NCBI GenBank assembly: GCA_963722075.1
Contig: CAVRJM010000001.1
Coordinates: 192,001 to 256,000, forward strand
Direction: 5' to 3'
DNA: 64,000 nucleotides
From: Candidatus Babeliales bacterium
GTDB lineage: Bacteria; Babelota; Babeliae; Babelales; JANWKD01
Shown: in pieces, positions 1 through 9,552 of the stretch
Position numbering within the stretch: the stretch's first letter is position 1
How the letters are laid out: each line of letters begins with the position of its first letter
Position numbers and translations under genes: made by a program
Notes under the pieces: generated by a model
Database searches by the model: none
The model's input: the letters and a program-made list of their open reading frames with translations, nothing else
Told to the model about the DNA's origin: nothing

Positions 1-81
1 TTTTTGCAGCTAAAGGCGCTGCCAAAACGAATCGAATTATGTTAGGAATTGAATTAAATTATTAAAGGTTGGGTTTAACTT

Positions 82-1131
82 ATGGCAAAATTATTAACGT
101 TCTTTCCCGCAAAAAAACTATTTAGTTTTTTTTCTAATGATATTGCAATCGATTTAGGAACAGCAAATACGTTAGTGTATGTTCGCAATAAAGGTATCGT
201 GCTTGATGAACCGACGGTAGTTGCGGTTAAAGCAAACACTAATATAGTATTAGCTGCAGGACGTAGTGCTAAGGAAATGCTTGGCAAAACGCCAGAAAGT
301 ATTGTCGCCTGCCGTCCCATGCGTGATGGCGTTATTGCTAACTTTGAATTAACTGAAAGTATGTTGCGCTATTTTATCCGCTCGGTAAATGATAATCGTC
401 GTACCATGATCCGCCCTCGTATGATTATTGGCGTTCCTTCGGGCATTACACAAGTTGAGCGGCGCGCGATTGAAGAATCAGCAAAGCAGGCAGGTGCGCG
501 TGAAGTGCACACCATTATGGAACCGATGGCAGCAGCAATTGGTGCTGGGTTGGCGGTACAGGATCCTGTTGGCAGTATGATTGTTGATATTGGTGGCGGA
601 ACTACTGAAGTTGCGGTTATTACGCTTAAAGATGTGGTGTTTTGCCGTTCCGTGCGCGTGGGCGGTGATGAAATGGATCGCTCCATTGTGCAGTATGTAA
701 AACGAAAATATAATCTTCTTATTGGTGAACGAACCGCTGAACAAGTTAAAATAAATATTGGTACGGTTATTCTTGATTCCCCTATTGAGAAGATGAATGT
801 AAAAGGGCGTGATTTAGTAACCGGTATTCCAAAAACAATTTTGTTAACAAGCACGGAAGTTAATGAAGCGTTACTGGAAACCGTTTCGCATATCGTTGAC
901 GTGGTACGTGTTGCTTTGGAAAATACCCCGCCAGAACTTTCATCTGATTTGGTTGATAAAGGAATTGTAATGGCAGGTGGTGGTTCTCTTTTGCGTGGTC
1001 TTGATAAACTTATTTCTAAAGAAACTAAATTGCCGGTGCGCCTTGCCGATGATCCATTGCGTTGTGTGGTGAACGGAGCAGGTATGGTGCTTGATAAATT
1101 AGATTTCTTCAAAGAAACATTAATGAAATAA
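82..1131 (+). CDS. mreB: Rod shape-determining protein MreB
   Basis: Actin-like motifs DIAIDLGTANT, RPMRDGVIA, MEPMAAAIGAG, VDIGGGTTEVAVI, GGGSLLRGL. Confidence 0.97.
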   Translation: MAKLLTFFPAKKLFSFFSNDIAIDLGTANTLVYVRNKGIVLDEPTVVAVKANTNIVLAAGRSAKEMLGKTPESIVACRPMRDGVIANFELTESMLRYFIRSVNDNRRTMIRPRMIIGVPSGITQVERRAIEESAKQAGAREVHTIMEPMAAAIGAGLAVQDPVGSMIVDIGGGTTEVAVITLKDVVFCRSVRVGGDEMDRSIVQYVKRKYNLLIGERTAEQVKINIGTVILDSPIEKMNVKGRDLVTGIPKTILLTSTEVNEALLETVSHIVDVVRVALENTPPELSSDLVDKGIVMAGGGSLLRGLDKLISKETKLPVRLADDPLRCVVNGAGMVLDKLDFFKETLMK

Positions 1132-1136
1132 TACAT

Positions 1137-1919
1137 TTGAATAAAGTACAATCTCAGGGGATTCCCCTTAAAAAGAAATTTGGGCAACATTTTTTACGTG
1201 ATCAAAGCGTGGTTGATGCTGCTATTGCACGGGTAGATATTACTAATGCTTCGGTGTTTGAAATTGGAGGCGGTGACGGTTTTTTAACGCGTTCAATTTT
1301 GCAAGCACCCATTGCGCGTTTGTGGGTATTTGAAATCGATCCCGATTGGGTTAGCTATTTACAAAATAGTATCCATGATGAACGCTTATGCGTTAAACAT
1401 GAGAATATTTTAGATGTGAATTTTGAGCAATTTGAACCCAATAAGCCATGGACCTTACTAGCGAATTTACCCTACCAAATTACCTTCCCTATCTTTTATA
1501 TGCTCTATGATCATCGGGCATTAATAAAAGAAGGAGTGGTTATGGTGCAAGAAGAAGTGGCACAAAAATTAGTTAAAACCCGTGGCAAAGGATATGGATT
1601 CCCGTCGCTTTTTTTTAACCATTATTTTGAACTTGAATTGTTACAAAAAATTCCACCTACAGCATTTTTGCCACCGCCCAAAGTCTATTCGCGGCTTATA
1701 TATATCAAGCCAAAAAACAATGTGCCCATTATTCCCCATGAACCAGAATTTTGGAAATTTATTAAAATCTGCTTTGCTCAACCGCGTCGTACACTTAAAA
1801 ATAATCTTAATCATACGCATTATGATATGAATAAGATTTCTGAAGAAACGTTAGCGTTGCGCGCGCAGCAAATGAAAATGGAAGATTTTTTAGAGATTTG
1901 GAAAAAAATCAATTATTAA
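1137..1919 (+). CDS. rsmA: 16S rRNA adenine dimethyltransferase RsmA/KsgA (TTG start)
   Basis: KKKFGQHFL, EIGGGDG, ANLPYQIT, MVQEEVA, F.PPPKVYS, F.QPRRTLKNNL motifs. Confidence 0.93.
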   Translation: MNKVQSQGIPLKKKFGQHFLRDQSVVDAAIARVDITNASVFEIGGGDGFLTRSILQAPIARLWVFEIDPDWVSYLQNSIHDERLCVKHENILDVNFEQFEPNKPWTLLANLPYQITFPIFYMLYDHRALIKEGVVMVQEEVAQKLVKTRGKGYGFPSLFFNHYFELELLQKIPPTAFLPPPKVYSRLIYIKPKNNVPIIPHEPEFWKFIKICFAQPRRTLKNNLNHTHYDMNKISEETLALRAQQMKMEDFLEIWKKINY

Positions 1920-2360
1920 TAAAACCTTTTCTTATTATAACTAATTTTAATAATACAATATTACAGGAATTAAAATGCAGATCGATCTTTTATTAGATTT
2001 AATAAAGATAGGATGTGTGTTAATGAAGATGGGACACGTAGCTCCCGAATTACGTTTTGCCAGTGACGAGTTATTGCTCGTAAAATATTACTATAATAGA
2101 TCAAATAAGGATGAGCAAACCAAGCTAACAAGATTGCCTACCAACCATGCAGGGGTTAGATATAACACCCCGATTTAATACGAAGATTACCTCCTTAATT
2201 TATTATGCACAAAGTAGTAGTGATCTGAAAATAAAGAGTGATTTAGAAAAATATTTTACTGAGGATAAAATTTTTTTTAGATCGGATGTTGAAGGTAAAA
2301 AAAATGTTGATTATAGTTTGAAAGATCCCCGTACGTAAATCGCCTATCTTTATGGGGCAA

Positions 2361-3575
2361 TTAATCCAGCGTTAATATGACTTTCATCCATCCATCAGCA
2401 CGTTTATCAAATTGCTTATATCCAGTAACAATCTCATCAAAGGGTAATTTATGGGAATAAAAATCGCGCGAGTCAAAAATGCTATTCTGTACCCATTCAA
2501 GCAAGCGCGGAATATACTTACGATGATTGCAATTTCCCATTCGCAGGATAAGATTTTTTCCCATAGCTTCTCCAATCGGGAATGTCTTTAATAATTCGGT
2601 ATAGACGCCAATGATAGAAATAGTTCCTGCTTTTGCAACTGATCTGACTGCCCATTGCAATGCTTGTGATGGTGCATTTCCGGGAATCCAATTACCGTGA
2701 TGCGGATTAATGCGTGGCGCAACAGTTTTAACTTCTTTTTTAAATTCTTTAAGCCACGCATGATGTTTTAATGAAGAAAAAAAGGAATAATGAGGATGAT
2801 CAGCATCAATGCCGACCGCATCAATTATTTTAGTAGGTCCTTTGTTACTGGTACTTTTTTTGAGTTCTGTGTATGGATCATGAGTATCAAAATTAATGGT
2901 AATAGCGCCTTGTGCTGCTGCTTTTTGTAAGCGAAATGGTATGCGATCAATGGCAAACACTGCAGCTGGTTTTAATTGGTTTACACAAAAAAGTATGAGT
3001 TGGCCGACTGGGCCGCAGCCAAATATAGCAACCGTATCATCAGGTTGGATATCGGCCATTTCAACAGCCATGTAGGCAGTGGGTAAAATATCTGATAATA
3101 AAATAACTTGATCATCAACAATGGAATCAGGAATAGCAATCAATGAAGCATCAGCATATGGTACACGAACTTTTTGGGTTTGCATTCCTTGAAAGGGGCC
3201 TGAATCTTTAGGGCCGCCATAATACGGTGTGCCGGCATCAGGACCTTGTGGATTAGCATTATCGCATTGGGAATAGATTTCTTTGCGACAATATTCACAA
3301 TAGCCGCAGCTGATGGTAGAAGGAACAATAACGCGATCGCCGATTTTAAATTTTTCAACGCGAGCGCCAAGCTGCTCAACTATACCAACTCCTTCATGCC
3401 CTAAAATAGTTCCTTTAAGAGTGTTTGCGATAGTGCCGCGTACGCTATGTAAATCGGTTCCGCAAATAGCACTACGCGTTAATTTTACAATGACATCATG
3501 ATCATTTTTAAGTTTAGGCTCAGGAACGTGCTCTAAACGAATATCTCCCACCTTATAAAATACTAGCGCTTTCAT
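2361..3575 (-). CDS. Zinc-dependent alcohol dehydrogenase (formaldehyde dehydrogenase-like MDR family)
   Basis: AICGTDLH, ILGHEGVG, CGYCEYC..C structural Zn site, LSDILPTAY, GCGPVG; start moved to ATG 3575 (MKALVF), which follows an AGGAGA RBS. Confidence 0.9.
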   Translation of the reverse strand: MKALVFYKVGDIRLEHVPEPKLKNDHDVIVKLTRSAICGTDLHSVRGTIANTLKGTILGHEGVGIVEQLGARVEKFKIGDRVIVPSTISCGYCEYCRKEIYSQCDNANPQGPDAGTPYYGGPKDSGPFQGMQTQKVRVPYADASLIAIPDSIVDDQVILLSDILPTAYMAVEMADIQPDDTVAIFGCGPVGQLILFCVNQLKPAAVFAIDRIPFRLQKAAAQGAITINFDTHDPYTELKKSTSNKGPTKIIDAVGIDADHPHYSFFSSLKHHAWLKEFKKEVKTVAPRINPHHGNWIPGNAPSQALQWAVRSVAKAGTISIIGVYTELLKTFPIGEAMGKNLILRMGNCNHRKYIPRLLEWVQNSIFDSRDFYSHKLPFDEIVTGYKQFDKRADGWMKVILTLD

Positions 3576-3654
3576 AAACTGAATCTCCTTTTTATGGTAA
3601 GCGTAGTTTAACAATGAGATTGGATGCAATTATTTTACAAAAAATCCCAAACAG

Positions 3655-5061
3655 TTAGGAGATTATTGCACGGCGCCATTTGCGGCGTTTGAGCCATCTT
3701 TCTTTTTTTTGAGCCTTTTTTGATTCATGTGCGTTTGCAAGCGCTTGCTGCGCTTTTTGTTCGTACATTTCTCGCGTGTATTGGGCGGGAATACAGGGCT
3801 TAATCACATCAAGGACGCGTTGATGATCGTCAATGCCAGGAAAGCTTACATTAAGTTTGTGAGAAGTATTAAGTGACCTAATACGCATTTTATTTTCAAA
3901 TAAGCGAATATCCAACATTACATGATTAGAAGGTAAATTAAGTTCTTTTAGAATAGTAACCAAATACCCTAAATAAGCGCCCGCTGGAAAGGGATGGTAC
4001 GGCAAATAATCGCGATAGCCAAATGTCCAGCCAAATGACCATAATTCTGTATGTCCTGGATCAGCATTCCGTAACAAACGCGAAGGAATAGTATCTTTGT
4101 GGCGCGTACAATTATTGTTGATGGCGGTGCGCGCGATACGTTTAAAGCGTAACCAAATTTGGGTTAATTTATCAGGAAGGGTGAACCCATAACGTGAGCT
4201 AAAGATACGGTTAGAAAAAAAGCGATTAGTAGCCAGGCAATCAACCACTTGAACGCGATCTCCGGTGGAATAAAAATGATATACTTTTTTAAATAATGGA
4301 TGAAGAATTAAATAATCAGCGTCAGGAATAACCGGAACTCCAATCAAAATAAGTTCATCAATGTGCCAGGGAAGTTTAAGTGGTGGTAAGGCATTTGCTG
4401 CTGGAGATGCAGTAATTGTTGGCGTAGCAATTTTTTGTGGTGCATTATGGCGTTCGTCGGCGGCATGAGCAGTTTTTAATACCACGTAACCACCATGGCT
4501 ATAGGCGACCGTTTGAATTTTAGGTTCTATTCCTTTTGCACGTAATTTTGCTACTTCTTTATCAAGCTGATCATAAAAAATTAATGCCTCTTGGTAGCGT
4601 ACTTGTGAGCTGAGTAATCCTGACCAGCCAAAGGTATAAAATAGATGTTCTTGCGCTTGTGGGTGCAATGAAGCAAACTCTTTATATGCATGAGCAAATG
4701 CTGTTGAGGCGTTGCCTTGCAGTAAGCTGTGCATATCTACGGGCTGCAGCCCTAAACCTTGCATTGCATATACTTGGTAAAAAAACGGGTCTTTGCGCAT
4801 AATTTCAACAGCGCGGGCATATATAGAATCAGCTATCTGATCTGTCATGAATCGGATTAAATTTGATACTGAAAGATGTGGTTTAATATTAATAATGCCA
4901 TGCACAAAAATGGTCATCCATACTTCTTTAGGTTTCACGGTGGGTGAAATTCCATTTTGATTAGCGGGAATAATTTTTTCTGTTGTATGTACCAAAGAAA
5001 TACCGCAGGTAACCCAAGTAAAAAGAAAAATAAAAGCAAAGCTTTTTTTAAATAAATTCAT
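3655..5061 (-). CDS. Secreted hypothetical protein, alpha/beta-hydrolase-like
   Basis: N-terminal signal peptide; FVHG, FGWSG, AYSHGG nucleophile-elbow-like motif; very basic C-terminus. Confidence 0.55.
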   Translation of the reverse strand: MNLFKKSFAFIFLFTWVTCGISLVHTTEKIIPANQNGISPTVKPKEVWMTIFVHGIINIKPHLSVSNLIRFMTDQIADSIYARAVEIMRKDPFFYQVYAMQGLGLQPVDMHSLLQGNASTAFAHAYKEFASLHPQAQEHLFYTFGWSGLLSSQVRYQEALIFYDQLDKEVAKLRAKGIEPKIQTVAYSHGGYVVLKTAHAADERHNAPQKIATPTITASPAANALPPLKLPWHIDELILIGVPVIPDADYLILHPLFKKVYHFYSTGDRVQVVDCLATNRFFSNRIFSSRYGFTLPDKLTQIWLRFKRIARTAINNNCTRHKDTIPSRLLRNADPGHTELWSFGWTFGYRDYLPYHPFPAGAYLGYLVTILKELNLPSNHVMLDIRLFENKMRIRSLNTSHKLNVSFPGIDDHQRVLDVIKPCIPAQYTREMYEQKAQQALANAHESKKAQKKERWLKRRKWRRAIIS

Positions 5062-5186
5062 AATAGAAATAATTGAAAAAAATGAATAATACGTACCATT
5101 TCTTAGTATATACAGTTTTTTAATAATTTTTATCGGGTATTTAATTCTATTTTATCATATTGGAGGGAGTAGAGGGGGAGGGAAAT

Positions 5187-5428
5187 AAATTTTCGGGTGT
5201 ACGACGCTGTTACCGGTCTTAATCAATTAATGGATCAAGCCTTCGCTAAAAAAAGCTACGGCGGACACAGTCCCCACGCCTTGTCCGGCATAGTCTTGGC
5301 GACGACGGAAAGCTCAGAATGACATGAGTGAGTCCTTGTCATCTTGAGGGAGCGTAGCGACCGTAAAGATCCAGTTATAAAATTAATTTATTATTTATCA
5401 TCCTGAGGAGCGTTAGCGACAAAAGGAT
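5187..5428. repeat. Cluster of nested palindromic (REP/RPE-like) repeats
   Basis: GTCATCYTGAG..GATCC units, a CCTTCGCTAAA..GCTACGGCGGAC unit, and a 30-bp segment repeated at 8330. Confidence 0.8.
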
Positions 5429-5432
5429 ATTA

Positions 5433-7271
5433 TTATTCAATAGTCACTGACTTTGCCAAATTGCGTGGCTTATCAATATGACAACCCAAGCTGCGAGCAA
5501 CACTATAAGCAAAAAACTGCATCAGGCCCGTCATAGCAAGAGGTGCTAAAAGCGGCTCAACTGGTTGAATAATAAATGCGGTATCAGCGAGTTCTATTAA
5601 TTCCTGTTGGCCTTCAAATGCAAATATAATAAGATGACCATTGCGCGCTTTAACTTCTTGTGCATTAGAAATAAGTTTTTGGTAAATAAGAATATCCAAA
5701 GAAGAAAATATAAAAATTGGTGTTTGGTTATCAATAAGAGCTATAGGGCCGTGTTTTAATTCGCCGGCAGGGTAACATTGCGTAAATACATAGGCGATTT
5801 CTTTTAATTTTAATGCCGCTTCCATAGCAAACGGGTAACTAATATTACGTCCTAAGAAAATAAATTTTTTAAATTGAGCATACCAACCAGCTAATTGATT
5901 AACAATTTTATCATGATAAAGCCATATGCTATTTTCAAGTACTTCAGCTGCGATAGAAAGATTTCGGTATGCGTCATCCATAGAGGTTATTATATTCTTT
6001 TCAAGCGCAATACGGTGAGCGAGCCAATACAGCGTTGTTAATTGGCATGAAAATGCTTTGGTTGAAGCAACCGCAATTTCCGGGCCAGCATTCATTAAAA
6101 GAGCGCCTCTTGTTTCGCGTATAATGCTGCTGGAGGGTACATTGGTGAGGCCAACTGTTGGCAGATTAAAAGAATTGATTAAGCGAAGCGCTTCAAGTGT
6201 ATCGGCTGTTTCGCCTGATTGTGATATGCCAATATAGATGGAATTTTTTTCAGCAAAAAAAGTCATATACCTAAATTCAGAAGCCAGTACTACACGGGTG
6301 GGAATATTACAAATTTGCTCAAAAAAGAATTGAGCAATGCGTGCTGCATACCAAGAAGTGCCGCATCCAATGAGCGTAATAGATTCCATATTTTTTACCA
6401 AATCGGCGCTCACTCCCATCTGCTGCCATATTGTTTCATGCTGTGAAGAAAGCTGTTCAAGCGTAGATTGAATGGCTGCTTTTTGTTCAAAAATTTCTTT
6501 TAACATAAAATGTTCATAACCATTTTTGTTAATAACAGACCATTGACCGGTCATTTCCTGCGCTTGCAGTGGTAATGCTTGTCCAGAAAAATCATAAAGC
6601 TGTACGGCTTGATGATCTAAAAATGCAAAACTTTTATCAGGTAAAAAAACAGTTTTATTTGTATGTTCAATAAACGCTAAATGATCAGAGGCTACAAAAG
6701 TTTCTTGGGTACCCAACCCTAAGCATAACGGCGACCCTTTACGTATAACGATCATGATATCAGGGTATTGTTGGGTGATGATAGCCAGCGCATACGCCCC
6801 TTCTAATTGCTTAATAAGCGCACGCGTTGCATCATAAAGATTAGGAATGGCTGTAATAATTGATTCAAAAAGGTGCGCTACTACTTCGGTATCTGTTTGA
6901 GAGCTGAAAACATGTCCTTCTTTAATAAGAGTATTTTTTAGCTCATGATAATTTTCAATGATACCATTGTGCACTACCGAAACCGTTTTTAAGCAGTCAA
7001 ATTGCGGATGTGCATTATCTGTAGAAGCAACGCCATGGCTTGACCATCGCGTATGGCCAATCCCCACATGACCATCAATAGGAGAATCTTCAATTTTTTT
7101 AACCAAATTAGAAAGATGTCCTGCTGCCTTTTGATAAAGGATGCTATTATCTTGTGGATTTATACAAGCGAAACCAGCAGAATCATAACCGCGGTATTCC
7201 AAACGGCCCAAGCCTTTAAGAATAGTAGCACAGCTAAAATTTTTACCTATATACCCGACCAATCCACACAT
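5433..7271 (-). CDS. glmS: Glutamine--fructose-6-phosphate transaminase
   Basis: MCGLVG N-terminus, LEYRGYDSAG, GHTRW, HNGIIEN, SQSGETADT, VASTKAF, GELKHGP, PRNLAKSVT. Confidence 0.98.
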   Translation of the reverse strand: MCGLVGYIGKNFSCATILKGLGRLEYRGYDSAGFACINPQDNSILYQKAAGHLSNLVKKIEDSPIDGHVGIGHTRWSSHGVASTDNAHPQFDCLKTVSVVHNGIIENYHELKNTLIKEGHVFSSQTDTEVVAHLFESIITAIPNLYDATRALIKQLEGAYALAIITQQYPDIMIVIRKGSPLCLGLGTQETFVASDHLAFIEHTNKTVFLPDKSFAFLDHQAVQLYDFSGQALPLQAQEMTGQWSVINKNGYEHFMLKEIFEQKAAIQSTLEQLSSQHETIWQQMGVSADLVKNMESITLIGCGTSWYAARIAQFFFEQICNIPTRVVLASEFRYMTFFAEKNSIYIGISQSGETADTLEALRLINSFNLPTVGLTNVPSSSIIRETRGALLMNAGPEIAVASTKAFSCQLTTLYWLAHRIALEKNIITSMDDAYRNLSIAAEVLENSIWLYHDKIVNQLAGWYAQFKKFIFLGRNISYPFAMEAALKLKEIAYVFTQCYPAGELKHGPIALIDNQTPIFIFSSLDILIYQKLISNAQEVKARNGHLIIFAFEGQQELIELADTAFIIQPVEPLLAPLAMTGLMQFFAYSVARSLGCHIDKPRNLAKSVTIE

Positions 7272-7446
7272 AATACTTCTCCTTTAGTATGTTCAGTAGT
7301 ATATCCAGTCTTCGCTTGCGATGGAGTATCGTTGAGTAGGGCTGAGCTACGACGGACAATCTTCGTATCATTTCAAACCTATAGCAACGCAGTCGATCGT
7401 AGCCGAATTTACCTTCGAAGTTTTTCTCGTGAAGGCAAAGATTGAA

Positions 7447-7905
7447 TTAACGTTTTACAAACTGGAATCGGCGACGTGCTGCTTTACGACCATATTTTTT
7501 ACGTTCTTTTACGCGTGAATCGACTGTTAATAACCCGTGAGAGCGCAATAAAGAACGAGACGCTTCATCGATTTCCAGTAAGGCACGTGATATGCCAAGA
7601 CGTACTGCTCCTGCTTGGCCATTAATACCGCCACCCATTACATCAGCATATGCATCATATAGAGAGGTTTTTAATGCTTTAAAAGGTTTAGTTGCATCAA
7701 GGCGGGCAATATCAGTAGTGAAATAAGAAGAGTATTCTTTATCGTTTACTAAGATTTTACCGGTTCCTCGGCGTAACCAAACACGTGCTACTGACTTTTT
7801 ACGGCGACCAACACCGTGAGCCAACGGAGCTTGTTTTTTAATCGCTTTTACTGGCGCAGTACCTGATTTAGGGGCTGCTTTAGTTGTTTTTTTTACTTTT
7901 TCCAT
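7447..7905 (-). CDS. rpsI: 30S ribosomal protein S9
   Basis: GRRKKSVARV, GGGINGQAGAVRLGISRAL, ERKKYG, QFVKR end; start set at ATG 7905 (MEKVKK). Confidence 0.96.
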   Translation of the reverse strand: MEKVKKTTKAAPKSGTAPVKAIKKQAPLAHGVGRRKKSVARVWLRRGTGKILVNDKEYSSYFTTDIARLDATKPFKALKTSLYDAYADVMGGGINGQAGAVRLGISRALLEIDEASRSLLRSHGLLTVDSRVKERKKYGRKAARRRFQFVKR

Positions 7906-7953
7906 TAGAGGTTTTGATATCCTTATTTGATAACAGTGGATTAACAATCCTTA

Positions 7954-7982
7954 ATTATGTCAAAAAGGGGTAAAATTGTCAA
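7954..7982 (-). promoter_or_regulatory. Sigma70-type promoter of rpsI
   Basis: Minus-strand TTGACA-17 nt-CATAAT about 50 nt upstream of the start. Confidence 0.55.
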
Positions 7983-8050
7983 TCCGCCTTCGTTTTCTAA
8001 AAGTATTACTTCTAAGTAAAGAAAACTACGGCGGGATAAATCCGCTCCCT

Positions 8051-8604
8051 GTCATCCCGAGCTTTCCGTCGTCACCAAGGTTATGCCGGACACCGGCGTG
8101 GGGACTGCGTCCGCCGTAGCTTGCCAAGCCTGTAGGCGTGGATAAGCGTAGGCTGGATCCATTAATAAAAATTATAATCCTATTTTGCAAGTAAGGTATT
8201 TTTCTCGCCAAAAATACCTTAACTAAAAGGGGGCCACCATGCTGGTGGATCCGTCTTCGCTAAGGCTTCGCCGAGACAGGATGCTCTCCCACGCGTATAT
8301 ACACCACTTCAATGTTAATGCTGCGCATTAAATTTTCGGGTGTACGACGCGTTACCGGATTTTAATTTTATACATTTCCTCGTCATCTTGAGGGAGTAGA
8401 GCGACCGTAAAGATCCAGTGGATAATATAAAGAGTCATTTAAAATTGGCGTTACCCAAGGCGAAGTACGCCTACGCTTTCTATAAGTTTTATTATGGGGT
8501 AAAGAAAGCTTCGGACGGGACAGCCTACGCCTATCACTTTTCTCATATAATTTATATAGATCATTAAAAAAACTGGCTTGCCCAGCCGTAGCCTTGGCGT
8601 AGGC
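8051..8604. repeat. Cluster of nested palindromic repeats
   Basis: 8051-8166 is an inverted counterpart of 5227-5323; 8330-8358 and 8382-8418 are direct counterparts of 5187-5216 and 5338-5374. Confidence 0.8.
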
Positions 8605-8679
8605 TGGAGCCGATGATCGGACTTGAACCGACGACCTATTGATTACGAATCAATTGCTCTACCACTGAGCTACATCGGC
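8605..8679 (-). tRNA. tRNA-Thr(CGT)
   Basis: GCCGATGTAGCTCAGTGGTAGAGCA-ATTGA-TT-CGT-AA-TCAAT-..GGTTCAAGTCC..TCGGCTCCA; full cloverleaf with encoded CCA. Confidence 0.97.
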
Positions 8680-8724
8680 GTTTGCTGCTTGTAGGATAAC
8701 AAAAATGAAAATAAAAGTATAAAA

Positions 8725-9102
8725 CTATGCAGCTTCTTTAGCCGATTCTTCAATACGTTCTTGGCATTTAAGACAGCGGGTTGCATTAGGGTATAATTTC
8801 AAGCGTTTTTCTGAAATTGGTTGATTACAATCAACACAAATACCATATGACCCTTCAGCGATCATTTCTAATGCTTTAAGAATGCGATTATACTCGTCCA
8901 GTTCAGCGTCTTGCAGAGAAATTTTAAGTGTTTCCATAGAAGAAGACGATGCTTGATCACCAATATCCTGTACTTCACCGGGGTTATCCGTTTTATACAG
9001 TTCGCCCAGTTCTTGATCCAGTTCTTTTTTACGTGTTAATAATTTAGCTTTTATTGCAGATAAGTTTATGCCTTCTCTAATTATTTTTTTTTCCTCGCTC
9101 AC
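8725..9102 (-). CDS. DksA/TraR family C4 zinc-finger protein
   Basis: Coiled coil with DIGDQAS tip; YGICVDC..ISEKRL..PNATRCLKCQ. Confidence 0.9.
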   Translation of the reverse strand: MSEEKKIIREGINLSAIKAKLLTRKKELDQELGELYKTDNPGEVQDIGDQASSSSMETLKISLQDAELDEYNRILKALEMIAEGSYGICVDCNQPISEKRLKLYPNATRCLKCQERIEESAKEAA

Positions 9103-9552
9103 TCGAGATCCTTCTTTCTTTGAAAAATTTTTTTAATAAGGTTGCTGATTCCTGAAGGCAGATTCCTGAAATAATTTCTAAAGTATTTCTTCTATATACC
9201 TGAAGAGGGCCTTGGTTGTCAAGTTTGTAACCAAATAAAGGAGAAGAAGCACCAAAAACTACCCCACGTAATCTGCTTAGTAATATTAAATTCATACACA
9301 TGGCGCATGGTTCCAAGGTAACATAGAGCCAGCATCCCTCAAGGCGCCAATCTTTTTGGAAGGCGCATGCTTTAGTAATTGCTCGTATTTCTGCATGGGC
9401 TACTTGCTGTTTTTTTTCTCTACCTGATTATAGCCGCGACCAATAATAGTGCCGGTAGAATTCACTACTAGTGCTCCAATAGGAACCTCATTTTGCTTAT
9501 AGGCGCGCCGTGCTTGGGCAAGGGCCTGTTTCATATATAATTCATGATTCAT
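9077..9552 (-). CDS. tadA: tRNA adenosine(34) deaminase TadA, frameshifted at an A8 run (9410-9417)
   Basis: 5' part YMKQALAQA..EVPIGALVV..GRGYN; the -1 frame continues QVAHAEIRAI..WRLEGCWLYVTLEPCAMC, giving the complete HAE/PCxxC deaminase motifs. Confidence 0.88.

Noticed and set aside
369..1190. 273-aa minus-strand ORF, and similar antisense ORFs over gyrB, lon, recJ and der
   Set aside because: Shadows of well-supported genes on the opposite strand, with no motifs of their own
1975..2338. Two short overlapping ORFs after rsmA
   Set aside because: Could be a decayed gene, but there is no recognisable motif or clear frameshift site
7272..7446. Possible glmS ribozyme upstream of glmS
   Set aside because: The ribozyme core (AGCGCC..GACGAGG) was not found; the region holds a family-C repeat instead
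8026..8211. Short ORFs over repeat clusters (also 17982-18231, 18304-18486, 61389-61592)
   Set aside because: Products are translations of palindromic repeats with no RBS or domain
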